Shown in pieces: positions 18,383 to 27,587 of a DNA stretch of 64,000 nucleotides. The DNA is from Acidimicrobiia bacterium (lineage in GTDB: Bacteria; Actinomycetota; Acidimicrobiia; Actinomarinales; Actinomarinaceae). How positions within the stretch are numbered: position 1 is the first letter of the stretch; each line of letters begins with the position of its first letter. Made by a program: the position numbers and the translations under genes. Location: positions 69,029-133,028 of the forward strand of contig JAONAZ010000002.1 in NCBI GenBank assembly GCA_028376655.1, given 5' to 3'. Below the pieces are notes generated by a model, which had not been told where the DNA came from, ran no database searches, and was given only the letters and a program-made list of their open reading frames with translations.

Positions 18383-19552
18383 TTATTTATTTTTTATATC
18401 ATTAAAAAAAGATGTACCATCTTTAAAAATATCAGGGATCTCAAAATAATCACATATTGTAGATGCTATATCTGCAAATGAATTTCTGTCGCCAACATAG
18501 TTACCTTTAATGCCATTTTTGAAAGCAACCAAGGGTACATATTCTCTAGAATGATCGGTTTTTCCATCTGTAGGATCTGTTCCATGATCACCTGTAATAA
18601 TAAGTAAATCATCTTTATCTAAATTTAGAAGAATATTATTTAGCCCCTTGTCTATTATTTTTAATCCTTCATAGTATCCAATTGGATCTTCTCTGTGTCC
18701 ATATACCATATCTAGGTCTACTAGATTAATAAAGTATAAATCGTGTTGTGATTCTTGGATTAGAGATTCAAGCCTTGTTAATCCATCTAAATCCCCTTCA
18801 GTATGTATGGAGTCATCTAAGAATTCTTCTCCGAACAAATCACTAATTTTGCCAACACCAAAGTTTCTATAACCATTAGCTTTTAGATGACTAAGAATAG
18901 TTTCTCCTGGGGGAGAGATACCAAAATCTTTCCTATCATACGTTCTAATGAAACTACCTAACTCACCCTTAAAAGGTCTTGCTATAACCCTTCCAATATT
19001 GAATTTGTTACAAACTTCTCTAGCTATTTCTGAAACTTTGTATAAACCCTCTAAATTAAGAACATCTTCATGAGCAGCGATTTGAAATACTGAATCACCT
19101 GAAGTGTATAAAATTAAAGAACCAGTTTCAAGGTGTTCTCCTCCTAAAGTATTAATTATCTCTGTTCCAGATGCGTGAAAATTGCCAATAAAATGATGTC
19201 CAGATTTACTTTCTACTTCGAAAATTAGTTCATCAGGAAATCCATTTGGAAATACCCCAAAAGCTTTATTTGTGACAAGTCCTGCAATTTCCCAATGTCC
19301 AGTTGTTGAGTCATTACCAAGAGATTTTTCAGCTAGACGACCAACAACATTCTGAAGTACATCCGCATCTAGCCCATTGATATTTGTCATTTTTCCAAAA
19401 CCAAGTTTATTAAATGTCGGAAGATTTAACGGTCCAACTTCTTTAGATACGTTACCAAATGTATTTGCATTAATATCTCCATACTCATCAGCATCAGGTG
19501 CAGCTCCTACACCAAGTGAGTCTATAACGAGTAAAATACATTTTTTAGTCAT
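18383..19552 (-). CDS. deoB: phosphopentomutase
   Basis: LLVIDSLGVGAAPDA, TTGHWE, GDHGTDPT motifs of the alkaline-phosphatase-superfamily DeoB. 389 aa. Confidence 0.9.
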   Translation of the reverse strand: MTKKCILLVIDSLGVGAAPDADEYGDINANTFGNVSKEVGPLNLPTFNKLGFGKMTNINGLDADVLQNVVGRLAEKSLGNDSTTGHWEIAGLVTNKAFGVFPNGFPDELIFEVESKSGHHFIGNFHASGTEIINTLGGEHLETGSLILYTSGDSVFQIAAHEDVLNLEGLYKVSEIAREVCNKFNIGRVIARPFKGELGSFIRTYDRKDFGISPPGETILSHLKANGYRNFGVGKISDLFGEEFLDDSIHTEGDLDGLTRLESLIQESQHDLYFINLVDLDMVYGHREDPIGYYEGLKIIDKGLNNILLNLDKDDLLIITGDHGTDPTDGKTDHSREYVPLVAFKNGIKGNYVGDRNSFADIASTICDYFEIPDIFKDGTSFFNDIKNK

Positions 19553-19557
19553 TGTAT

Positions 19558-20178
19558 TTATATTGTTCCGAAAAGTCGATCTCCCATATCTCCTAATCCA
19601 GGAACTATGTAATAATTTTCATTTAATTTTTCATCAATTGAAGCTGTCAGTAGGGTTATATCTGGATGTTTTTCAGAAATGAATTTAATTCCCTCCGGTG
19701 ATGAAATGACAGTAAGAGCATATATTTTGTTCGGGTTATATTTTTTAACTGTATCAATCGCAAAAGATAAAGACCCACCAGTTGCAAGCATAGGTTCTAA
19801 TATAAAAACATCTTTGTCCTTAACTTCAGGAAGATTTTCATAATAATTTTCAGGTTTAGCAGTTTCTTCATTACGTTGTACTCCTATATATCCAAAGGTC
19901 ATCCCTGGAATTAAATCTTTAGGACCATCAATCAGTCCCAGGCCTGCTCTTAAGACAGAGACCGCAACAGTGTTTGATGATAATTTATAACCTAAAGTTT
20001 CGACCAGGGGAGTTTGAATTTTTTCTTGATCAAGTTCGAGGTTTTTAGTAGCTTCAATAATTAATAAATAAGAAAGTTTAGAAGCAGCCGATCTAAATAT
20101 TTCAAAAGAAGTATTTTTCTCTCTTAATAGAGTTAGATAATGTTTGGCTAATGGGTGCTCCAGTTCAATAATTTTCAT
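19558..20178 (-). CDS. upp: uracil phosphoribosyltransferase
   Basis: VSVLRAGLG and the PRPP loop ILEPMLATGGS. C-terminal YIVPGLGDMGDRLFGT. Confidence 0.9.
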   Translation of the reverse strand: MKIIELEHPLAKHYLTLLREKNTSFEIFRSAASKLSYLLIIEATKNLELDQEKIQTPLVETLGYKLSSNTVAVSVLRAGLGLIDGPKDLIPGMTFGYIGVQRNEETAKPENYYENLPEVKDKDVFILEPMLATGGSLSFAIDTVKKYNPNKIYALTVISSPEGIKFISEKHPDITLLTASIDEKLNENYYIVPGLGDMGDRLFGTI

Positions 20179-20305
20179 TAAAGATAGAATAGTTAAATTT
20201 TATAATGATATCTACCTTTATTATTTTAATGATATATTATTAAATCTGACTGTTTAAGATTCAGTTAAAGTAAGATAGAATTTCGTAATTAATAAGGACA
20301 GAATT

Positions 20306-20704
20306 ATGGCTGTAAAAATTAGATTAGCTCAAAGAGGTAAGAAAAAAACACGTACCTATAGGGTCGTTGTAGCTGATGCGAGATCACCTCGTGATGGTAA
20401 GTTCATCGAAGATCTAGGATTTTATAACCCTCATGATAATCCTTCAACAGTAGACATTAATGTTGAAAAGGCTGTGTCATGGCTTGATAAAGGAGCTCAA
20501 CCATCTGAACGAGCACAAAAACTTCTAGAAATCTCCGGTGCATGGGCACAGTGGAGATCTACTAAAGGTGAAGTTGTTTCAATTCCCAATGCACCTGAAG
20601 CAAAAGTAAAAAGTAGTTCAAAAGCTAACAATAAAAAGATTGAAGCAGAAGCATCAGTCGAAGATGAAAAATCTGAAAATCAAGAAGGAAGTGAAGAAGA
20701 ATAA
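20306..20704 (+). CDS. rpsP: 30S ribosomal protein S16 (with Lys/Glu-rich C-terminal extension)
   Basis: MAVKIRLAQRGKKKTRTYRVVVADARSPRDGKFIE. SD AAGGA lies upstream. Confidence 0.95.
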   Translation: MAVKIRLAQRGKKKTRTYRVVVADARSPRDGKFIEDLGFYNPHDNPSTVDINVEKAVSWLDKGAQPSERAQKLLEISGAWAQWRSTKGEVVSIPNAPEAKVKSSSKANNKKIEAEASVEDEKSENQEGSEEE

Positions 20705-20958
20705 TGTCGGAATCAGGAAATATTGTTAAAAACGTTGTCGAATACATTGTCACTCAGATTGTTGAGAATGAAGATGAAGTAAAAGTAGACGTAGCATCAT
20801 TAACAGATGACAAAGTAGCTATTGAAGTAAGAACATCATCAAATGATATGGGAAGAGTTATTGGTAAAAGAGGTCGAGTTGCTAGAGCAATTAGAACTGT
20901 CGCACAAGCCGCTGCAGATGAAGAAGGCCTTGATTCATCAGTAGAATTTATTGACTAA
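20704..20958 (+). CDS. KH-domain RNA-binding protein (YlqC/UPF0109 family)
   Basis: GRVIGKRGRVARAIR (GxxG KH motif). Conserved position between rpsP and rimM. Confidence 0.85.
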   Translation: MSESGNIVKNVVEYIVTQIVENEDEVKVDVASLTDDKVAIEVRTSSNDMGRVIGKRGRVARAIRTVAQAAADEEGLDSSVEFID

Positions 20959-21427
20959 TAAAACACTATTCTTACTAGGTCAACTCGGAAAACCCCATGC
21001 ACTGAATGGATATTTATATCTTAATCAGGAAATTTATTTTAGAAATTTTGATCTTACAGATTTAAATGTTGTTGTAGATAGTTCAGAATTTAAAATTGAA
21101 AAGTTTAAAACTCATCTTAAAAATCGATATCTCGTTAAATTCCATAAATTAGATTCAATATCATCTATAGAAAAGTTCAGAGGAAAAGATGTTTATGTAT
21201 CCTTAACACAAATAGATAATTTCATTTCAGACAACCTTCCTTGGCCCGGTTTTTTTATTTCCTCAATTTTAAATGAAAAATACCATGTCAAAAACTTTTT
21301 TTATGCTGGTGAATTAATGTTTCTTACTATTTTTGCTACTGAAGAATATACAATTCCATTTAATTCAAACTTTTTTAAATATGAAAATGGTAATTTAGAG
21401 ATTATTAACTTTGATCTATTCCAATAA
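20951..21427 (+). CDS. rimM: 16S rRNA processing protein RimM
   Basis: LGQLGKPHALNGYLYL N-terminus and a PRC-barrel-like C-terminus. TTG start overlapping the KH gene. Synteny supports the call. Confidence 0.8.
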   Translation: MTNKTLFLLGQLGKPHALNGYLYLNQEIYFRNFDLTDLNVVVDSSEFKIEKFKTHLKNRYLVKFHKLDSISSIEKFRGKDVYVSLTQIDNFISDNLPWPGFFISSILNEKYHVKNFFYAGELMFLTIFATEEYTIPFNSNFFKYENGNLEIINFDLFQ

Positions 21428-22120
21428 CCAAGTTATCAAATCGTTACTTATTTCATCATTGAGTAAATTTTCCGGATGCCATTGAATACCTAATGCTTCC
21501 CATGTTGAAGTACTTTCTATTCCCTCTATAAGATTATCATCCGACATAGCATTAACCTTTAATTCATTACCAATAGTATTTATTACTTGATGGTGGATAC
21601 TGTTAACATCAACAGTTAATTTGCTTGTTGCTTTACTTAATACCGTATTCTCAAATATATTTATCTTGTGTACATGTTTATATGCGAAATCATCTAATTG
21701 CATGTGGTCAATATCTGTATTTATATTTGTTTCAATATCCTGATGCAAAGTGCCACCTTTATAAACATTTAATAATTGATGACCCCTGCAGATACCGAGT
21801 GTTTTTATAGAGTTCTTTTCAGCTATTTCAAGAAGATTAAGTTCTGTATTGTCTCGTTCATCTGAAATTCTTTCACTTTTTTCATCTACTTCAGCATTGT
21901 ATCTAATTGGATTTATGTCACCACCACCTGATATTATCAATCTATCAAAATTTGGATTACTAAAATGAATATTTAATGATTGGGGTGGTATGACTATAGC
22001 CTCTGCACCGTGTTTGTTACATAGTTCAATAAAGGCCATATTTAATACTGAACAAGGTATTTCTCCAGGAGCAAGACGAGCATTTTCAATACCTCCGGAA
22101 ATGGCGATTAACTTAGTCAT
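21416..22120 (-). CDS. class-I glutamine amidotransferase-like peptidase C26 (gamma-glutamyl-GABA hydrolase family)
   Basis: GICRGHQLLNV (nucleophile Cys), SIHHQ, QWHPE. 234 aa. Confidence 0.8.
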   Translation of the reverse strand: MTKLIAISGGIENARLAPGEIPCSVLNMAFIELCNKHGAEAIVIPPQSLNIHFSNPNFDRLIISGGGDINPIRYNAEVDEKSERISDERDNTELNLLEIAEKNSIKTLGICRGHQLLNVYKGGTLHQDIETNINTDIDHMQLDDFAYKHVHKINIFENTVLSKATSKLTVDVNSIHHQVINTIGNELKVNAMSDDNLIEGIESTSTWEALGIQWHPENLLNDEISNDLITWLLE

Positions 22121-22526
22121 TTAACATAAAAATTGTTTGAACCTCTACACAGACATTTAGAGGCAGACTTGTTACACCAACTGCTGATCTTGTTGATTTC
22201 TCAGTAAAGAATTCTGATAATTTATCAGTAAAACCATTCAACACACCAGCGTGATCTGTAAAGGTCGGTTCAGAATTTACAAATCCTACTACATTAACCG
22301 GTGTTATTTTTGACAAATCATAATTAACATTTAGTGTTGAAAGAGTTAATTCAGCACATAATTCCGCAGCTTTATAAGCTGCATCGACAGAAACTTCGGA
22401 TGGAACCTTACCCGTAATCTTAATATCTCCATTAATTGGTATGTGTCCAGATGTATATATTAAGTTTCCAGCTTGTTTAATAGTTATATAATTTCCAACA
22501 GCTTGAGGTGGTTCTGGGAACATCAT
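22113..22526 (-). CDS. RidA/YjgF-family reactive-intermediate deaminase
   Basis: PQAVGNYI...LIYTSGHIP, SRSAVGV..LPLNVCVEV. 137 aa. Confidence 0.8.
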   Translation of the reverse strand: MMFPEPPQAVGNYITIKQAGNLIYTSGHIPINGDIKITGKVPSEVSVDAAYKAAELCAELTLSTLNVNYDLSKITPVNVVGFVNSEPTFTDHAGVLNGFTDKLSEFFTEKSTRSAVGVTSLPLNVCVEVQTIFMLND

Positions 22527-23531
22527 CTATTTCTTAGTGCTTAATTTGTTAACTAAATCTACAACTCTGTTTGAGTAACCCCATTCATTGTCGTACCAAC
22601 ATACAACTTTAATATGATTTCCATCTAGTAATTGAGTTGATGAGGCATCGTAAATACTTGAGTGAGGATTTCGTAATATGTCCGTCGAGACTAGTGGTAC
22701 GGAAGAATATTCTAATATTCCTTTTAAATCATTATTTGCTGCAAATTTTACAGCTTCGTTAATTTCTTCAATAGTCACTTGTGTGTTTAATTCAACCACT
22801 AAATCTATAACACTCCCATTCGGTACAGGTACCCTCATAGCCATACCATCAAGCTTTCCCTTTAATTCAGGTAAAACCATTCCTACAGCCTTCGCTGCAC
22901 CCGTAGAAGTTGGGATGATATTTTGTGTAGCACTTCTTCCTCTTCTGAAATCTTTATGAGTAGTTTCTGCAAGTGCTTGATCATTTGTGTAAGCATGAAT
23001 AGTTGTCATTAAACCTGATTTTATACCAAAGTTGTCATTTAGAACTTTTGCAATGGGAGCTAAGCAATTAGTTGTACAGGATGCATTAGAAATTAATTTC
23101 GAGTCATCAGTAATGTCTTCATCATTGACGCCTAGGACTACAGTTGCATCAATTTCATCTTTAGGAGGAACTGTTAAAACCACTCTTTGTGCGCCTGCAT
23201 TGAGGTGCATTTCTAGTGATTTTCTATCAGAAAATATTCCTGTAGACTCAATAACAATATCTATATCCATCTCTTTCCAGGGAAGATCAGCAGGATTAGC
23301 TACCGATACTAATTTTATTTCCCTATCATCAATTTTAAGAATATTTCCATCCAGCTTCACATTGTTGTCTAATACACCCATAACTGAATCGTGTTTTAGT
23401 AGATAAGCAAGGTTTTCGTAATTACCAAGGTCATTTATAGCAATTACATTTAGGTCAGAACTGCTTTCTATTATGATTCTAAGAATTGATCTGCCTATTC
23501 TCCCAAATCCATTTATTGCAATATTACTCAT
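22527..23531 (-). CDS. gap: type I glyceraldehyde-3-phosphate dehydrogenase (catalytically complete)
   Basis: INGFGRIGR, active site SNASCTTNCLAP, TTIHAYTNDQ, TSTGAAKAV, MRVPVP, WYDNEWGYS. Confidence 0.95.
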   Translation of the reverse strand: MSNIAINGFGRIGRSILRIIIESSSDLNVIAINDLGNYENLAYLLKHDSVMGVLDNNVKLDGNILKIDDREIKLVSVANPADLPWKEMDIDIVIESTGIFSDRKSLEMHLNAGAQRVVLTVPPKDEIDATVVLGVNDEDITDDSKLISNASCTTNCLAPIAKVLNDNFGIKSGLMTTIHAYTNDQALAETTHKDFRRGRSATQNIIPTSTGAAKAVGMVLPELKGKLDGMAMRVPVPNGSVIDLVVELNTQVTIEEINEAVKFAANNDLKGILEYSSVPLVSTDILRNPHSSIYDASSTQLLDGNHIKVVCWYDNEWGYSNRVVDLVNKLSTKK

Positions 23532-24537
23532 CTACACTCTTTTCTGAAAGTTTGTTTATTGTATCAATAATGCGAGCGCTATAACCCCAGCCATTGTCGA
23601 ACCAGATTAATAGTTTTATTTTGTTATTATCAATTCCCATGGTTGCTAACCCATCAATAATTCCCGAATGAGAATTACCAACTACATCAGAAGACACTAT
23701 GGGATCAAAGGTAATATCAAGAACTTTATTATATGGTAGGTTTTTTGTAGCTTGGATAATCGAATTATTAATCTCATCAACTGTTGCTTCTTTTGTTATA
23801 TCAATTGTTAAATCTACAGTACTTCCATCAGGAACTGGCACTGTCATTGAAGATGAAGCAATTTTATCCTTCATGAACGGTAGTACGGTTTCAATTACAC
23901 TAGATGATTTTGTAATTCCAGGGATTATATTTTCACCAGCAGCTCTATTTAACCTAAAACCTTCACCAGCTACATCAGCTAATCTATTTGAATTGGAATA
24001 TCCATGAATAGTTGTTAAAAATGCTCTTTTTACTCCGAAATCTTCATTAAGTATCTTTATTAAGGGTGCAACTGCATTCGCAGTATTAGAACCAAGAGAT
24101 ATGATATTGTTTGAAAAATCAACTTTAGAATCATTTGCACCTGGGACGTAGATTTGTATATTACTTCCAACTTGAGGAGTACTAGCTATTAAAACTTTTT
24201 TTGCTCCATTGTTTACATGTTCTTCAACTTCGTTAATGTCTTGCTGTCTACCAGTTGAAATAATTAAAATATCTGTATCCAATTCACTCCAGGAAGATTC
24301 AGAGGCATCTTTCCAACTGTTAAAAATTATATTTTTACCATTAATTTTGAATCCATTATCTGTAACTTCTATATCCGCATCAAGTTTTCCATATATTGTG
24401 TCATATTTAAGCAGATACAAAAGATTTTCTTTATCTGCAATATCAGATATAGATACTATGTTTATCAATTCATTATTCAATGTTTGTCTTAATAGGTCTC
24501 GACCTATTCTTCCAAATCCGAAAATTGAAATATTCAT
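23524..24537 (-). CDS. GAPDH-like paralog lacking the catalytic cysteine (probable pseudoenzyme or neofunctionalised)
   Basis: FGFGRIGRDL, TTIHGYS and WFDNGWGYS are retained. SCTTNC is replaced by SNTANA (AAT codon at 24087-24085), TSTGAAK by GITKSSS, and MRVPVP by MTVPVP. 8-nt overlap with gap. Confidence 0.85.
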   Translation of the reverse strand: MNISIFGFGRIGRDLLRQTLNNELINIVSISDIADKENLLYLLKYDTIYGKLDADIEVTDNGFKINGKNIIFNSWKDASESSWSELDTDILIISTGRQQDINEVEEHVNNGAKKVLIASTPQVGSNIQIYVPGANDSKVDFSNNIISLGSNTANAVAPLIKILNEDFGVKRAFLTTIHGYSNSNRLADVAGEGFRLNRAAGENIIPGITKSSSVIETVLPFMKDKIASSSMTVPVPDGSTVDLTIDITKEATVDEINNSIIQATKNLPYNKVLDITFDPIVSSDVVGNSHSGIIDGLATMGIDNNKIKLLIWFDNGWGYSARIIDTINKLSEKSVDE

Positions 24538-24573
24538 ATTATCCTCTTATATTCAAAACACAATGATAAAGGA

Positions 24574-24601
24574 TTGACTAAGTAAATTGTTCAAATAATA
24601 T
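24574..24601 (+). promoter_or_regulatory. candidate sigma70-type promoter for cofG-cofH-trmD-rplS
   Basis: TTGACT (24574-24579), 16-nt spacer, TAATAT (24596-24601). Lies 30 nt upstream of the cofG GTG. Confidence 0.4.
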
Positions 24602-24631
24602 TAATTATTTGTTAACTCTAAAATATGTATT

Positions 24632-25741
24632 GTGAATAACAAAAAATTTATAAATGAATCATTATTTGGCAGTCGTACAACCCATGACTTGACATCCCAA
24701 GCTTTTGAAATCAAAAAAAACAATTTTGGTAGTAACATAACTTATAGTCCAAAAGTATTTATACCCCTTACAACATTATGTCAAGACTCTTGTGCATATT
24801 GTACATTCGTAAAATCACCCAATGAAGGTGGAACATATTTGAATATGCAAGAAGTTGAATCTATTGCATTAGTAGGCGAAGCTTCAGGTTGCTTTGAAGC
24901 TTTATTTACACTTGGAGATAAACCAGAACTTAAATGGAAATTTGCCCTACAAGAACTGAATAATTTTGGTTATTCCTCTACTCATGAATATCTAACAGCA
25001 AATATGAAAAATATTCATGAAAATTATAATATCTTCCCTCATGCAAATCCCGGGTTAATGACTTCTGATGAAATTAGTGAATATAGGAAATATTCTCCAT
25101 CAGGAGGATTAATGTTAGAAAGCTTTTCTCCACAATTATTAGAACAGGGTAGAGCTCACTACAAGGCAAAAACAAAAAGAATTGAATTAAGAATTGAGAC
25201 GTTAAATCAAGCAGAAATTTTCAGGTATCCCATGACAACAGGATTATTGATTGGCATTACAGAAACAAAGGAAGAATTAATAAATGACATTATCGAATTA
25301 GTAAAAATATGTAAAGCAAATTCATCAATTCAGGAAATAATTTTGCAAAATTTTAGGGCAAAAATGAATACTCTTATGAGAAATAATGCTGAAGTCACAA
25401 ATGACCTATTCTTACGAATTATTGCTACAGTTCGAATACTTCTTCCAAATCATATATCCCTTCAGGTACCCCCGAATCTTTTATCTGATGTCGCTATTTA
25501 CTTAACTAGTGGTATCAATGATTTTGGGGGGATTTCACCAAAAACTATTGATTGGGTTAATCCTGATCATCTGTGGCCAGACATAAAAAACTTAGAAGAG
25601 TCAGTATTAAATACAGGACAATCCTTAAAGAAAAGACTTCCTGTGTATCCAAACTTTATAAATAATGAATGGTTAAGTCCACTAGTTTTTGAAAAAGTTA
25701 GTAATGTAATTGATAGTGATGGATACCCTAGAAATGAATAA
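24632..25741 (+). CDS. cofG: 7,8-didemethyl-8-hydroxy-5-deazariboflavin (FO) synthase subunit CofG
   Basis: Radical SAM CQDSCAYCTF with FIPLT just upstream. 369 aa. Directly followed by cofH. Confidence 0.85.
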   Translation: MNNKKFINESLFGSRTTHDLTSQAFEIKKNNFGSNITYSPKVFIPLTTLCQDSCAYCTFVKSPNEGGTYLNMQEVESIALVGEASGCFEALFTLGDKPELKWKFALQELNNFGYSSTHEYLTANMKNIHENYNIFPHANPGLMTSDEISEYRKYSPSGGLMLESFSPQLLEQGRAHYKAKTKRIELRIETLNQAEIFRYPMTTGLLIGITETKEELINDIIELVKICKANSSIQEIILQNFRAKMNTLMRNNAEVTNDLFLRIIATVRILLPNHISLQVPPNLLSDVAIYLTSGINDFGGISPKTIDWVNPDHLWPDIKNLEESVLNTGQSLKKRLPVYPNFINNEWLSPLVFEKVSNVIDSDGYPRNE

Positions 25742-27587
25742 CATTAAAAATATTTCTTATTTAAGAATTCGCCCTTGTGATAGTGATAATGAAATTTACC
25801 TTAGTTCTAGATTAAAAGAAGGTACTTCATCATTTACAGTAAAGCCAGATTTGCCCATAAATTATGAAACATTATTAATAAATGGATTCCAAACTATATC
25901 TACAGATTTAACGGAAAAGTCTTCTGTATGGTTTGTTACTGACGATGAGATTGATATTACAATAACACATAGTTCTAAACGGTTAATTTATAGATATAAA
26001 AATAATAAAGAGAATGCTTTAGAAGTCATATCAAGATATAAGCCCTCTGTAATTCTTATTGAAAATCTAGAGGATATTGATTTTTTAGCTAATCTCCACG
26101 GAGTTAATAAATTTATTATTTCTATGTATGTTAATTCAATTGAAGATGCCATAGAGGCAGTTGAAAGTGGGGTTGATGATCTTTTCCTGAGAGACTGGAG
26201 TAAAGATCAAATTTTAGAATTACAAACAACAATGGTCTACCCAATTTATGAAAGAACTTTATTATCACCAGCCTTCTCTGTAAATCAGGCTCGAAGTGTA
26301 TTGGATAAATTAGAGTTTACAAACTTTTTACAAACTAGAAATGTACGTGGATACAAAAGAGAACATACTGATTGGTTTCCTGGCAGCGGTAAAGATATAC
26401 CTAATTTATTCAATTTTACATCTGAATCATTATCAGATTACAAAACTCATAATTTTGATAAAATTTTAGATAACTTTTCTAAAACTCAGAATATTTCAGA
26501 GCAAGATCTCTTGGAACTTTTTAAAACGTCTGGAAAATATATCAACCAAGTAGCCGAATTAGCAGGTGAATTAACTAAGAAAATACACGGAAATAGGGTA
26601 ACTTTTGTAAAGAATCGTAATATTAACTATACAAACCAATGTTATTACAAATGTGGATTCTGTGGTTTTTCTAAAGGACCCAGAAGCCTAGATCTCAAAG
26701 AGAAACCTTACATTTTGACACCTGAAGAAGTTGTTCAAAGAACAATTGAAGCACACGATATTGGAGCATCAGAAGTATGTCTTCAAGGTGGAATACACCC
26801 AAGCTATACAGGAGATTTTTATTTGGACTTAGTTAAAAAAATTAAAAACGTTCTGCCTGATATGCATATTCATGGATTTACACCTTTAGAAATATGGCAA
26901 GGTGCAAGTACTGTAAATAAATCAGTTGAAGTTTATCTCACGGAATTAAAAGAAGCGGGGTTAGGAACTTTACCAGGCACAGCAGCCGAAATATTAGACG
27001 ACAGAATAAGAAAATATTTATGCGATGATAAGATAACTTCTTCCCAATGGGCTTATGTAATGGAAATTGCACATTCTATAGGTATTAAGTCAACTGCCAC
27101 AATTATGTTTGGTCATATTGACGACCTAGACTCCTGGGTCAATCATTTTAAATTGATAAAAGACATTCAAATTAAAACCGGAGGTTTTACAGAGGTTGTG
27201 CCATTACCTTTTGTTCATATGGGTTCTCCCATTTTTCTTCAAGGAAAAAGTATGCCGGGTCCTACTTGGGATGAAATAGTATTAATGCATGCATTAGCAA
27301 GGATATACTTTTTTAACACCATAGACAATATCCAAGCAAGTTGGGTAAAACTTGGTCACGACGGAGCTAAAGTGCTTTTAAGGTCAGGAGTTAATGACTT
27401 AGGCGGCACACTTATAAATGAAAATATAAGTCGTGCATCGGGAGCAGATCATGGCCAAGAAACAACTGACACAGAATTTATACATCTAATTAAAAGTGCC
27501 CAAAAAACTCCATACTTAAGAAATACTTTGTATACATCTTTTAAAAATCTTGAAGATGTAAGTGTTGAAAATGTTATCAAAATATAA
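25710..27587 (+). CDS. cofH: FO synthase subunit CofH with an extra N-terminal domain of about 240 aa
   Basis: The C-terminal 380 aa or so has NINYTNQCYYKCGFCGF (radical SAM), CLQGGIHP and GVNDLGGTL. The N-terminal 240 aa has no CxxxCxxC. The start is ambiguous (25710, 25719 or 25734). Confidence 0.85.
   Translation: MIVMDTLEMNNIKNISYLRIRPCDSDNEIYLSSRLKEGTSSFTVKPDLPINYETLLINGFQTISTDLTEKSSVWFVTDDEIDITITHSSKRLIYRYKNNKENALEVISRYKPSVILIENLEDIDFLANLHGVNKFIISMYVNSIEDAIEAVESGVDDLFLRDWSKDQILELQTTMVYPIYERTLLSPAFSVNQARSVLDKLEFTNFLQTRNVRGYKREHTDWFPGSGKDIPNLFNFTSESLSDYKTHNFDKILDNFSKTQNISEQDLLELFKTSGKYINQVAELAGELTKKIHGNRVTFVKNRNINYTNQCYYKCGFCGFSKGPRSLDLKEKPYILTPEEVVQRTIEAHDIGASEVCLQGGIHPSYTGDFYLDLVKKIKNVLPDMHIHGFTPLEIWQGASTVNKSVEVYLTELKEAGLGTLPGTAAEILDDRIRKYLCDDKITSSQWAYVMEIAHSIGIKSTATIMFGHIDDLDSWVNHFKLIKDIQIKTGGFTEVVPLPFVHMGSPIFLQGKSMPGPTWDEIVLMHALARIYFFNTIDNIQASWVKLGHDGAKVLLRSGVNDLGGTLINENISRASGADHGQETTDTEFIHLIKSAQKTPYLRNTLYTSFKNLEDVSVENVIKI

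Noticed and set aside
20181-20281. A 10-nt direct repeat AAGATAGAAT occurs twice (20181-20190 and 20272-20281) in the upp/rpsP divergent spacer.
   Set aside because: There are only two short copies in AT-rich DNA. Each contains a TAGAAT -10-like hexamer, and the second is well placed for an rpsP promoter. The repeat is more likely promoter-like sequence or chance than a repeat element.
22678-24577. Four plus-strand ORFs of 93-124 aa (22678-22959, 23032-23406, 23699-24007, 24209-24577) lie opposite the two GAPDH genes.
   Set aside because: They are antisense shadows of well-supported minus-strand genes. Their translations are Ser/Phe/Ile-rich low-complexity sequence with no motifs.
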